Shown: positions 24,329-36,636, counted from the stretch's first letter. The stretch is 64,000 nucleotides of DNA from Eukaryota sp. GEM-RC1 (GCA_040285855.1 JAUFOQ010000006.1:2232001-2296000); one strand, 5' to 3'. A program made the numbers and translations. The notes: a model not told the origin generated them from the letters alone.

Positions 24329-25405
24329 GGAACAGGAAAAAAATATGATATAAAAATATGATATATTGTATGATATAGTAATGTTTGATATCTTATAGCA
24401 CCCTTGACATTGAAAGTCTTCCCTTACCTGATGTGTTTTCATGAACTTTCACGAGCTGGTAAAGCGCATTGTCCTTGTTACAATCGGATTGGAGAAAAGG
24501 AAGTGATGCCATTGTGGGGAAATGGTAAATGTAGTTTTCGAGCACCAGATTAGACTCTAAACTTGTGCTCTATACTGTAGAGTGTTGTTGAACAATTAAA
24601 ACTGGTCTAGGTTTATCACATACATGTATTATATTAATGACTTCACTTCAGTATGGATCACATTTGAATCACAAGTGATGTGATCACAAAAAAAAGGCCA
24701 GTGTGATCAATTGTGATCACAATCACAATGTGATCACATGTGTTTGTGATCCACAAGTATGGGAAGAACCATTCATCAATGAAGAAGTTGAGTCTATGAT
24801 GTGTTGTGATTGGGATGCAGATAGTTCTCCTTCACCTTTAGATGAGATCTTGGTGTTTTAAAGTATAAGACGGCTATTAAAGTAGAGTTCTATATTATTT
24901 TGAGATGAAATAGATGGAGGTCCTAATCAAGAGTGGAGAGCTAGCAGAAAGTGACCCTGTTTAGAAAGGTTGTGATATGACTGACCCTGATTTGAAAACG
25001 TGTGTTATAGACTGACCCTAAAATGAAAATGCCCCAATTTCATTTGTCACACGTATAGATCTATATTTTGGTCTGAATGATGTGAAAATGGATTTTGCTG
25101 CTAAACGAATGAAAGACGCCATTTCAGAAGTCCCCTACAGTAGGGATAAATGTGTAGAAGAAACGAGCTGTCTATCGTTAAACCAGAAACCAGGAAAAAC
25201 TCCTGTAACACAAACACGTAACAAGCGTGTTAGATTCGATTTTTGAACGTGTTAGCGTTCACTGAATTAGAGATCATGTACCAAATATCATTACGTTAAT
25301 TTAAGATAAATTAGAAAACAGTCATTTACAAGTACATGTATATAACATTAATAACATAACTAGAAGGAAGTATGAAGAAAAATACTAACAAAAAAGTGAC
25401 TCAAG

Positions 25406-27427
25406 TTATGGACTGAATCGGAATTGACTTTGAAGTCTTTCAATTTTGATGGAAGCTGTATTTGATTTGTCTTGAAGATCTTCAGCTTCTACATGTAATA
25501 TTCCATCTGAATCAATGATCATTGTGGTAGATATCTGGGCCTCTCCTGCTGGAAGTGGAGGTAGATTACTGATCCTGAAGCGTGCAAGAAATGTATTTAG
25601 AGACACAACCGAGGCCTCACCTTGATACACATTGATAGTAGTTGATGTTTGATAGTCGGCAGTAGTAACGTAAGTATCATTGAACATACAAGGAACACTG
25701 GAATGCCTAGGAATGATGACACTCATGGTACCAACTTCATTGGTTTCGGATTTAGATTTGATACTTATACCCAAACTATGAGGAGTAACATCATGAAGAA
25801 CGTGATGGAAATATGCAGCAGCACCAGCGGCTACGGATTGGTCAGGATTGAGAGTTTTTCTTACTTTACCAGGAAACTTAAGTTCAAGCATTTCTTGAAC
25901 CTTTCTCAAACGAGAAGATCCTCCTACAAGTTGGACGTAGTCGATGGCAAAAGATTGAAGACGGAGGGATTGAAGAAGTTCCTCAATAATCGATAAGCAT
26001 TTGGTAATGTAAGGGGCACAAATAGCATCAAAACGGTCTTTAGTTAAGACAAGTTCAAGATCATTTCCAGAAGCAAAGTTCTCAACTTCTATTTCAGCCT
26101 CATCTTTAGTCGTTAGGGCTTTCTTTGCTTTCTCTACCGCAAAACGCAATAAGACTTTTCTTCTTTTCAGTTGGTAAGGAGTAACAGTTATTGTCAGTAA
26201 TCCAGTTTTTCATAACATGGTCTACTATGTCTTGATCGATATTTGCCCCACCTAAGTTTGTAGAGCCATGAGTTCCAATGACAGTAATGTCATCACTTTT
26301 AATATCTACAATAGATACATCAAAGGTACCACCACCAAAATCAAATACGAGAACTCGCTTGCCGACTGTCGAAGGATCTTCTTGTTTTAGAGATAGAGCA
26401 GCAGCAGTTGGTTCGTTGATTAGGGTGATTTCCTCAAAGCCGGCAATTTCAGCAGCTGTTTGTGTTGCTTGACGTTGATCATCATTGAAATATGCAGGTA
26501 CAGTAATGACAGCCTTGGTGATGTTAGTCTGTCCCAGAGCATTGATAGCGTTAGTTCTGATGTGAGACAAGACTCTCGCACTGATTTCTTCGGATCTATA
26601 TGTTTGGTTATTCACTCTAATACCAGTAAATCCATCACTTAGTTCTACAATTCTGAAAGGATACCTGGATTTCATTTGTTGAACAACTTCATCATTAAAA
26701 CGTCGTCCAATAAATCGCTTAATCTCAAAAAAAGTTTTATCAGGGTGTTTCTTCATAGTATCTCGAGCATCAACACCGACGACACAATTCTGGGATGCGA
26801 AGGAGACAATAGATGGAACAAGTCTTTCAGCTGAGTCGAAATCTGTCAGAACTTCTGTGATGTGAGAAGTGAAACTGCTCTCAGATTCTCGTTTTTGACG
26901 GTATATAGCGGCACAAGAGTTTGTTGTTCCAAGGTCGATCCCAAGGACAATGGATGAAGACATTTGAGAATTTGGCCGTGTATTGGTGAAGGATGAACTA
27001 GTCTCGTTTGGTGAAGTATTGACGGAAACAATAGGGGAAGTACCAGGAGTTTCTATTTGTTGGTTGTTCGCTGATGAGCTGGACTGATGATGGTTGTAAA
27101 TGTTACGTCTTGTATTGTTTCTGGGTCTCTTTGAGTTGGGGCGACGATGACGACGAGTTTTTGGGCCCCTGGCATCTTCAACTTTAATATAGTTCTCCCC
27201 CCATTTCTGACAATTCCAATGAGATTTGATAGATTCACCTACTTCGACAGAAGGTACAGAAATGATAGCGTATCCAGGCATGTTAGGAACATGGCGAAAC
27301 ATCATGACATCACAATCGGGAAAGAAATGAAGCCTTTCCAGTAGCTCAGATACAGTGAACCAATGAGGAAGATTGCCTAAAATCAGACTGAAGATACACA
27401 CGAACCAATGTAGATGTTGGGGATCAT
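25406..27427 (-). CDS. hsp70: RRM-Hsp70 fusion protein (lidless); intron 27377-27405; frameshift near 26160
   Basis: Spliced start MIPNIYIGNLP (RNP2-like), GYAIISV (RNP1-like); then GIDLGTTNSC, DFGGGTFDVS, LVGGSSR and SBD-beta; ends QFRFSP. Confidence 0.85.
27377..27405 (-). other. Predicted 29-nt spliceosomal intron
   Basis: GTTCGTGTGTATCTTCAGTCTGATTTTAG; splicing creates IYIGNLP; same position and length in the paralog. Confidence 0.8.
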
Positions 27428-27431
27428 GTTA

Positions 27432-29675
27432 TACAGAAATTTCTAAAGATCTTGCTAATTACCTCCAACAGATGGTTTGTTTGAAAGTTATTCCTCCAAT
27501 TGAATTGACTGCTGCTCAACTTATTGCTTTAGTAAAACCAGGTAACGGAATTAAGCCTGATCGAATCCGTCCAATTGCAGTTGGAGAATCAATTTCTCGT
27601 TTATTCGCATCAACTGTGTTTAATCGAGTGGTCGATAAAGCGGGTCGCTTTTTGTCTCCATTTCAATTTCGAATTAAGACAATTTACGGGGCTTCTGTTG
27701 CTGCCTTAACATCAGATTTGTTTTTCAATTCACATGATGATAATTCCATTTTAAATCTTGATTTTAAAAATGCCTTTAATTCAGTTAGTTGTAAATCTGT
27801 TTTTGCTGCTATTGAAAACGACTCTCCTGAGTTGATGTCCTACTTTTATTTATTTTATGGAAAACCAAGCGATTTAATTTATGATTCATATTCATTGAAA
27901 TCTATGTCTGGTGTTAAACAAGGAGATCCTCTTGGTCCTCTTTTTCTTTTGTTTGGTCATTCATGAAGCGCTTTTGTGTATTTTAAACAAATACCCAGAC
28001 CTTAAGATAGTTGGTTATATCGATGATATTTCTATTATTGGCCCCCTTGAATTGTTAAAAAGGTCGCTGTGGAAGTGGCTGATATTTATGAAACATTGGG
28101 TTTATCTCTGAACCCAGACAAATGTTTATTAATTGGTAGATCTACACAAGAATTATTTATTAATGGAGTGCAGATTCCATTTATCAATTATGTTGAAGAC
28201 GCTTTTCGTTTTCTAGGATGTTGGCTTGGGAATGTTCCTAAAATTTCTCAAGAATTATCTAATTGTTTGGACAAAATTGGTTCAGAACTCAACACAATTT
28301 CTTCATAAGATATTGAAACACATAACAAAGTTTTCTATTGTAAAAATTTGCTACTCCGGAAAAATCACACATCTTTTGAGATCTACTGCTCCTTTAATCA
28401 CTCTGAACTTGTGTAGATCTTTTAACGAGTTGAGGATTAATTTGTTTGCTTCATTGTTAGAAGTTGATTCAACGTTACTTAGAAGTCATTTGTTTACTTC
28501 TGCTCATTTTGGTGGTATTGGTTTTATCAAATCTTCAATTCTTTGCAAATCTGCTTTTTTAGGCGGTAGAAAAAATTCGTCTTTGAATTTGTTAATCGGT
28601 TTCCTAATGATATTTCCCTTATTAACCCCAATTCATGTAAATCTTTATTTGACTTAAACGAAGCGTTAATCAAATAACCTTTTGACGTTTGGTCTCAGTG
28701 TTTCCCAGAATCTGTGTCTGAAATACCTGAAAGATCTTTGACTAATCTTCAGTTCTGTCTGAAAAATTACAACAGAAACTCACAAATATTTTTTGAAAGC
28801 TTGTTCGAAAAACATCCCGCTTTTGCAAATTTCTTAATGGATGTTTCCAATATCTCTCCTTCATGTCTGATTACACAAATCCCTCAAGTTTACGGTCTTC
28901 TTCTTGATGATAACTCTTGGTCATTACACATGCGTTTACGGTCATATATTTGGCCTGATAACCTTCCACATAATTTGAAATGCCAATGTGGGCAATCTGT
29001 AACACCTACAGATTTATTAAATTGTAACCGTTTTATTTCTTTTAGAAGTAAGGTTCATGATTCAGTAAGGGATCAATTATATTGTATGTGTAAATCTTAT
29101 GGAATAGTTTCCTTTTAGAACCAGTTCTGACTGATTTGTTTGGTGGTACGGGTATTGACATATCGTTTGAAAATAGCCGTGGTGATGTCATATATCCTGG
29201 TCTCGATGGATCATTGATTATTGCTGATGTTATGTCTATCGACGTTTGTAATGGTTCCAACAAGAAACTTGCTAAATCCAATGCTAACAACCCTCTGTTG
29301 TTTGGTGAAAAATTTAAAAAAGAAAAATTTTGTGCTAAATTGAAATTATTGAATTCGGTTTCATACTCGAATTACGTGTTGTACCCTTTTGTGTTTTCAC
29401 TGTACGGTTCTTTAGGTGAATCTGCCACTTCACTACTTGAAATCTTTGTAAAGATTGTAAAAGAAAAAACATCTATGACTTTTGATCTTAGATTTTGGAA
29501 AAATCGAATCGTGTTTGCTATCTTTAAAGGTATGGTGACTTCTGTATCTAGTGCTTTATTATCTCTTATTATGAAGATAAGATAGGTGAATTTTTTTTCA
29601 GTTGGGTAATCTGGACTTTGAGGATATTGATTATTAGATGTATGTCCACTGTAGTGTTGTTGTCAATAAAAACTT
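27432..29675 (+). mobile_element. 5'-truncated, degenerate CRE-like LINE (second family)
   Basis: RIRPIAVGE, DFKNAFN, GVKQGDPLGP, YIDD, CQCG...LLNC, RGDVIY...ADV, WKNRIVFAIFKG; several stops and frameshifts. Confidence 0.88.
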
Positions 29676-29861
29676 GATCCATAAAAAAATATTGGATCAT
29701 TATATTTTATTTGTAAGGATTAAGTTGTAACTTATGAATATAGAAGTATCACAGAAAATCAACCATCTTTATGGCAGAAAATGCCATACGCGTATGGCCG
29801 TATGGCGCGTATGGTATTATGGCACATAACGCTGGATAATTATGTTAACCTACTACTACTA

Positions 29862-30441
29862 CACTGGTTTGTCTAATTGGTCTCACTGAGACTAATATGC
29901 AAGGAAGTTTTCATCATCAATTTTAGAATTAGTCTCACTGAGACTATTTATCTGATGAGACTAATTCATAAGGTGAGCCTAATTTCAAGACTACTTTACC
30001 ATTGCTTATTACCATTCATTTCGAAAAACTATTGATCATTGATACCAGTCCCATAAAAACACTCAGAATATTTTCCATTATGTTCTTCAAAAACAAGTCA
30101 CATTTGAGTGATGTTTAACTGCTCAAACAGAGTCCACGTCTAACTACAGCTTATCTAATACGTAATACCATCAGAATCCCAATTATTTTCGTCGGAAATA
30201 CTAAAAGCAGGGTTGTGAGGTCGAGGGATGCGTGCTTAAACGAAACCTGCAACGATCGGTCATGAAGAGACAAGAGCGTAGTCCTCAAAGCTAGGTCATA
30301 GGAAAAACAAAAATTAATAGAAATATACACTTAGACGGAGTTTATTTGAATTATAGTCTCACTGACAAAATTCAAAGGCCAATTTTAGAATTGATCTCAC
30401 TGAGACTAAATTGCTGATGAGACTAATTAGACAAACCAGTG
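29862..30441. mobile_element. MITE, second copy of 5726-6322
   Basis: TIR CACTGGTTTGTCTAATT; TA TSD; full-length similarity to 5726-6322. Confidence 0.88.
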
Positions 30442-30451
30442 TAGTACTGTA

Positions 30452-30559
30452 TAGAGCTGTCAAACGGTTCGGCTCAAGTCGTAAGCCGAACGATTTGAGC
30501 CAAGTCATATCCAAATTTGGCTTGGCTTACTCAAATGGCTCAAGCAGTTGACAGCTCTA
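30452..30559. mobile_element. Mini hAT-like MITE (108 bp)
   Basis: TIR TAGAGCTGTCAA...TTGACAGCTCTA; no matching TSD seen. Confidence 0.55.
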
Positions 30560-30599
30560 CTTCATTATGTGAAAATCAGTCCGAGTCCATATGAAAGCA

Positions 30600-31045
30600 C
30601 CAGGAGTAAACCAATAAACGCATATCTTTTCCACATTCCTTAACATGACACTGGGCTCTGAAATCTTGGCTGTTTTTGATCGACAAAGAGTAACTTCAAT
30701 GGAATCCTATCTGCCTCCCAACACAACTCATTCACTACAACCCGCAGATTCTCTTGTCATTCCAAATATCAAGACAAACTTTTTAAAGACATGGAACACT
30801 AAGAAAAGAGAATTGATTAACTACCGCAACTTTTCTATATCAGGATAGATTTCAAATCTTGGAAAGCAATTCGTTCTTCAATTAGCTGAAGAATGTGTCA
30901 ATGAAGTCAATGCAGACGATGACTATGATGGTAATTCACATGTTCGCAAAGCCATGATTGAGCTTGAACACAACTGGTTGTTGGGAAATTGAACGGTTGA
31001 AATCAGAGCTTCAAGAAATTATCAAAAAGTATTCTGATCAATTTA
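30600..31045 (+). mobile_element. pogo-like DDE_1 transposase fragment
   Basis: YLPPNTTHSLQPADSLVIPNIK, homologous to ORF 20518. Confidence 0.75.
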
Positions 31046-31259
31046 ACAAGATAGTTCACGATTTGTTGTAATAGAGAAATCGAAATTTCTCATTTCTAGT
31101 AAATTTAGAACACTAATGAAAGTACTTCTATAGTTTTGTATTGTTCCAAGAAAAATACAATTATCACAAAGTTGTATAAGAACATTATAACTATATTCGG
31201 TACTCAATAAGGTAACCTTCCTACAAAACCATGAAATTGTAAAAACAGACAAATAATAC

Positions 31260-31358
31260 TGATATCGATATGGTATGGGGAAAGAATGGGGGAAGGTAAA
31301 AGGTGTTTATAAAGTGAAATAACTGACTACGTAACCATACTAATACCTTTGGCTAACA
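31260..31358. mobile_element. 99-bp insertion, candidate solo LTR
   Basis: TG...CA ends with ATAC duplicated; absent from the duplicate site at ~49935. Confidence 0.6.
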
Positions 31359-31794
31359 ATACTAAGACTAAATCCAAACGACTTCATCACAACCCTGTAA
31401 AAGATTACGTTTTTCAACATTAAGCTTCACACCAAACTTGTACAAGTTCTCAATTAATCGAGAGAAATAGAAAGGCATATTCCGACATATAAAAAACACT
31501 ATGATGTGCTACTGTTGACCAGGAATTTTCTGTGTCTAGTGTCTCAGACTTTTATATGTATTTTTGTGCCCTCCATCGATAAACTATTTTTAAATGTTAT
31601 TTAACAAAGACTGTCAGTCAATTTGACTCGACTTGAAATATACAGTAGTCGACTCGACTCTGCTTTGATATCTCATGAGTAGACTCGACTAAACTCACTT
31701 GGTTCTAGTTGTTGGACGTACAAAACACTGAACATAATAACTTATCAATCAGAACCAGGTACATAGCTATTATCAAGTAAAATCAAAAATTAGA

Positions 31795-33585
31795 CTATAA
31801 TCTACCAGAAAGACGAACAAAAGGGACATTTGGATTGTCTGTAGAGTGCAAATCGATACCAGCATCAAGGTCAGATACAGAAACATTACAGTTCAGTTTT
31901 GTTTTAGACCCATGACAAATTTGAACACTCAATGTATCCTCAGGACACATCCTTAAATTAAAAGTAAACTTTTCTTTTTCTTGAATTCACGAAATGTAGG
32001 GGTTTGCGTGTGCTGAAGATCGTCATGAGTTAGGACAAATAGAATAGATATATCTGCTGTACAAACAAAATGATTCAAAGGTTCTGTGTAGACGACAAAC
32101 TCAGCTTCATCACACAGATCAGGTTTCTGGTTTTTGAATCATTTTCAACTGGTTGGTCCATTATAATAACTGGAATCCTCTTAAAAACCCCATTTTGACT
32201 CTCAGCAATGTTAGTAGGGAGTAAACTCTGGTTGGTCGGTGCACAATCATGTTCATGACAAGCGTTTTGGCGAAAACTTGTACCACACGAAATTTGACTT
32301 GTACATGTGTGAGAATGTGTGCCAGTTTCTTCTATAGGTGTTCCAGAAACGATTAATTGAGTTTGTTCGGTTTTCTCTTCATGTGGTTCAGCTCCAGTAT
32401 GTGTTAAAACAACATTTTGAGGTCTCAGGTGTTTAACATTTGACGGATCTTTCCATCGTAGTCCTCCAAGAGCAACATCAGTGTTAGGATCCAGTATACA
32501 AGCCAAAGGTGCTTTAAAAGCCGATCGCATCCGTTCTCTAACTGAATGAAGAGCTGCTAACCTTCCAACTGGAACAACTTTGGTAACAAATTGTGACTGT
32601 ACATATTTGGCTTGTTCCTCAAGCAGCTTAACAAAGTTCTCTCGAAATGCCTCCAATTTCCCAGAAAGATCTTTCAAGAAACTGTCAAGTACAGATGGTG
32701 GAACATCTTCCTCAAAGTCACCATTTGGATAAAAGTCTTCTACCAAAACTGACATCCTAGTTTTAGTTTTAGCTTTATTACATGCCAAAAGTAATTTCAT
32801 CTTGGATTTTCATTCATTGTGGCACGGATTTCTTCATCAATTTTAGTTAAGCAGTACTCATACAAAGCTTGGTCAACTTGAACAGCACCCATCCACCACT
32901 CTTCAGAATGAATGATATTAATGTCAAATCGTTGATGGAGAAAGACAACAGCTTTGGTAAGTAACTGACCAACATCTACAATGACGACGGTTTCAAGTTT
33001 AGAGGGTGCATGGGCTTTAAAGAGATAAGAAGCTACAAGAGCTTCCAGAGTAGGGACAACAGTGATATCAGGATAGTCAAGGTTATGGAATGTATCAAGA
33101 AGAACATTTTGATGTTGTACAGGTAGACTTTGAGGAAGAACCAATGATGATATGTCAAAAGGGGAGTTGATGCAATGATTCAGTTCAAGTATAATGTGTT
33201 CTACAAGAGGAAGAAGGAGTTCTGTTTGTGTGAGATTTTTACAAACACTGTTCACATTTACGGAGAAGACAAGACCGTCATTGATTTGGCTGACATTTCC
33301 CATAAGGAAAGAAGTAAAAGGAAGATGTAAGGGTTTAGGGGAAGATTCTTCTGTGACTTCAGTGGGGACAATGTGTGTAGCAGACACAAAACAGTTTTTG
33401 GCATGCTTCTTGACTTTGGATTCGGCATTTTGAGCTGTGAAAAAAGACCCCAGTTCTTTAACAACGACATTAGAAAGGAACATCGCATCGGTACTTGTTT
33501 GTAAACTAGTATCTCGATTATCCACGTCATTTCTCACCGCGAGGACGATGCCGTAGGATCCCAGATCTAAAGAAACATGATGCAT
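31795..33585 (-). CDS. Divergent Hsp70/Hsp110-like NBD plus unrelated C-terminal region (frameshifted; possibly a pseudogene)
   Basis: VSLDLGSYGIVLAV, TLEALVASY, VIVDVGQ, MGAVQVDQALYEY, KLLLACNKAK and VVPVGRLAAL align in order to Hsp70-superfamily NBD motifs. Confidence 0.65.
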
Positions 33586-33630
33586 TTAAGAATGATGAAA
33601 TTTGTAATAGAAATTCACAGTCTTCACTAC

Positions 33631-35212
33631 ATGTCTTCATCCTTTATTCTTGGGATCGATCTTGGAACAACAAACTCTTGTGTTGCATTTTATCGTCACA
33701 AGCGAGAAACTGAGAGCAGTCACACACCTCACATCACAGAAGTTCTGACGGATTTCCTGTCTTCGGAAAGACTTGTTCCATCTATTGTCTCCTTCGCATC
33801 CCAGAATTGTGTCGTTGGTGTTGATGCTCGTGATACTATGAAGAAACATCCAGATAAGATTGTGTATGAAGTCAAACGTTTCATTGGACGACGTTTTAAT
33901 GATGAAGTTGTTCAACAAATGAAAACCAGGTATCCTTTCAGAATTGTAGAACTAAGTGATGGATTCACTGGTATTAGAGTGAATAACCAAACATACCGTC
34001 CCGAAGAGATCAGTGCGAGAGTCTTATCTCACATCAGAACTAACGCTATCAATGCTCTGGGACAGACTAACATCACCAAGGCTGTCATTACTGTACCTGC
34101 ATATTTCAATGATGATCAACGTCAAGCAACAAAGAGGGCTGCATATATTGCCGGCTTTGAGGAAATCACCCTAATCAACGAACCAACTGCTGCTGCTCTA
34201 TCCCTAAAACAAGAAGATCCTTCGACAATCGGCAAGCGAGTTCTCGTATTTGATTTTTGGTGGTGGTACCTTTGATGTATCTATTGTAGATATTAAAAGT
34301 GATGACATTACTGTCATTGGAACTCATGGTTCTACCAACTTAGGTGGGGCAAACATCGATCAAGAAATAATAGACCATGTTATGAAAAACTGGACTACTG
34401 ACAATAACTGTTACTCCTTACCAACTGAAAAGAAGAAAGTCTTATTGCGTTTTGCGGTAGAGAAAGCAAAGAAAGCCCTAACGACTAAAGATGAGTCTGA
34501 AATAGAAGTTGAGAACTTTGCTTCTGGAAATGATCTTGAACTTGTCTTAACTAAACAACGTTTTGATGCTATTTGTGCTCCTTACATTACCAGATGCTTA
34601 TCTATCATTGAGGAACTTCTTCAATCCCTCCGTCTTCAATCTTCTGCCATCGACTACGTTCAACTTGTAGGAGGATCTTCTCGTTTGAGAAAGGTTCAAG
34701 AAATGCTTGAACTTAAGTTTCCTGGTAAGCTCAGAAAAACTCTAAACCCTGATCAATCCGTAGCTGCTGGTGCCGCTGCCTATTTCCATCACGTTCTTTA
34801 TGATGTTACTCCTCATAGCTTGGGCACTGATATCAAATCTAAATCAAGAACGAAAGAAGTTGGCACTATGAGTGTTATCATCCCTAGGCATTCCAGAATT
34901 CCTTGCAAGTTCACTGAAACTTACTACACTTCATGTGACTTTCAAACCACACTTACCATTGGTGTTTTTCAAGGTGAAGCCACGATTGTGTCTCTAAACA
35001 CATTTCTTGGACGCTTTGAGATCAGTAATCTACCTGTTCTTCCAGCAGGAGAAGCCAAAGTATCAACTACAATGATCATTGATTCAGATGGAATATTGCA
35101 TGTTGATGTTGAAGATCTTCAAAACAAATCAAATACAGCTTCAATCAAAATTGAAAAGCTTCAAAGTCAGTTCCGGTTTAGTCAACGTCTTGATGAAGTG
35201 TCTCGAACTTAG
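33631..35212 (+). CDS. hsp70: Lidless Hsp70-like protein, no N-terminal extension; frameshift in the T-run near 34255
   Basis: Canonical NBD motifs and SBD-beta; intact duplicate at 52212-53792. Confidence 0.9.
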
Positions 35213-35310
35213 TTATAACTTATATGCTAATCCATTTGGTTTTAATAAATGAAAATATAAAAATAAATTTGCTCATCCAGCCACTAGCAGTAAGAAAAAG
35301 AAACTTTTTT

Positions 35311-36170
35311 CTGTACCTAATATGGTACCCTTCCTACAAAGCTACAAAATGAAGCTGTATGAAATTGTAAAAACAAACAAAAATAATATTAAGACTAAAT
35401 CTAAACGACTTCCTTTTCATCTGGTAAAAGATTAAGTTACTCAACAATAACTTTCACACCAAACTTGTACAATTTCCCAACTGATGGAGAGAAATAGAAA
35501 AGCATATTAAGATATATTGAAAACACAATACGGTTTTTCAATCAGCTTTTCTAATACTAACACTTGTTTTCTTTACACAGTTCTTGGAATTCATTGAAAA
35601 ATAGACTACCAGCAGGACTAATCGATCCAAAAAGATAACCAGCAAAAGGTCAAAACACAAATATGAAATATGGGTTTCGATTTAACTATTCTACTTGAAA
35701 GTCAGAATTGGATTGTTTGAGTTTTTCAACATCTGTTGACTGATTAAAAGAACAAGCTAACATCCTTCTAACACCAAAATTTGTTACAAACATCTACTAT
35801 GGTATAATCCATTAATGATTGACTCGATTTAAGCCATGAAGTACGGAGGTCTTGCTCACTCTAAAGTTGAACCAGTTTTGAATCACCTTTTACAAAATGA
35901 ATTTACGGGTCAAGAAAAAGTGTGCTTTAATCATGAAATAACAAGCATCACGTACACCATCATGAATAACTGAACGTAGATGAATAAAATAACGACAATT
36001 AATTAAATGGCGAATAAGAGTACTAGTTCCACAAGAGCAAGTTGAATAGTTTAATCAATTTGCAGGCCAAATAGCCAAACGAAGACTCATATTGATCAAC
36101 CAAGCTTCATCAGATAAATGTAATCCAAACGCCTTAGGATTTTGAGAAATACATCAAGAAGGTCCACCAT
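35311..36170 (-). mobile_element. Degenerate 3' fragment of CRE-like LINE (third family)
   Basis: Minus strand reads FGLHLSDEAWLINMSLRLAIWP...CSCG...HLINC...HDGVRD; 3' part similar to 31200-31510. Confidence 0.7.
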
Positions 36171-36529
36171 TTCATAGATCAAATAAAAGAGTCAATGTAA
36201 TTTGCAGTTTACATTCTCACATACTACGGCAAATACGGAGAGGCAAAGGAGAAATTGAAGGGCTGGATGCAGCCTTCGTCTGGGGTGTAACGGTGACAGG
36301 AGACGTTTGCTTTGGATGGGTAATCTTACTCTCGTTCCCTGGAAGGCATCATCATCAGACTTTGCGTTACATAGATTCGTTTACGTTTATATTTGATACA
36401 TACTTGTTTGTTTTACTAGATTCTGACCATTTATCAACTAGTCTGTTAAAGGGTTAAACTGGCTGAGCACTTGAGTGTGACCTGCTGCTAAAGGTCTTTG
36501 AAAAAAACTAGAAACTGGCGCCAGTGAGC

Positions 36530-36636
36530 TCCAAGTCAAGTCGAACGACTGGACTTAAAAATTCTCAAGTTACTTGGAATTGACTTGATTCAAGTCGATC
36601 AACGTGTGCCTTGAGTCAAGTCGTTTGACAACACTA
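36530..36636. mobile_element. Orphan hAT-like end
   Basis: CAAGTC subterminal repeats ending GTTTGACAACACTA, similar to the TIR at 30452. Confidence 0.45.

Larger units (their letters stand above)
18807..24761 (-). mobile_element. Deleted hAT element (5955 bp including nested insertions)
   Basis: TIR CATACTTGT(T/G)GATCACAA; 8-bp TSD GGAAGAAC; GATCACA subterminal repeats; dimerisation remnant SASTMERNWS at ~19250-19290. Confidence 0.9.
14572..25035 (+). mobile_element. 5'-truncated Mutator/MULE transposase gene split by two hAT insertions (pieces ~14572-15066, 18390-18806, 24770-24861; right TIR ~24950-25035)
   Basis: HGYCVKHLADNI, YLTSNTSESLNSWL, SWIM CTCREPSIFGYSCCHVAAV; C-terminus SPSPLDEILVF resembles EPSPLDPILM of the 13199 copy; TGACCCT repeats ending GCCCC. 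Confidence 0.85.

Noticed and set aside
21327..29675. Reverse transcriptases next to Hsp70 as a retron/DGR-like system
   Set aside because: The RTs carry LINE-type RLE domains and are decayed; no template/variable repeat pair is seen; adjacency is explained by TE density
33577..33630. N-terminal extension MMHLRMMKFVIEIH on the plus-strand Hsp70 (also 52152)
   Set aside because: Overlaps the divergent gene's start; paralogs align from MSSS, so the later ATG is more likely
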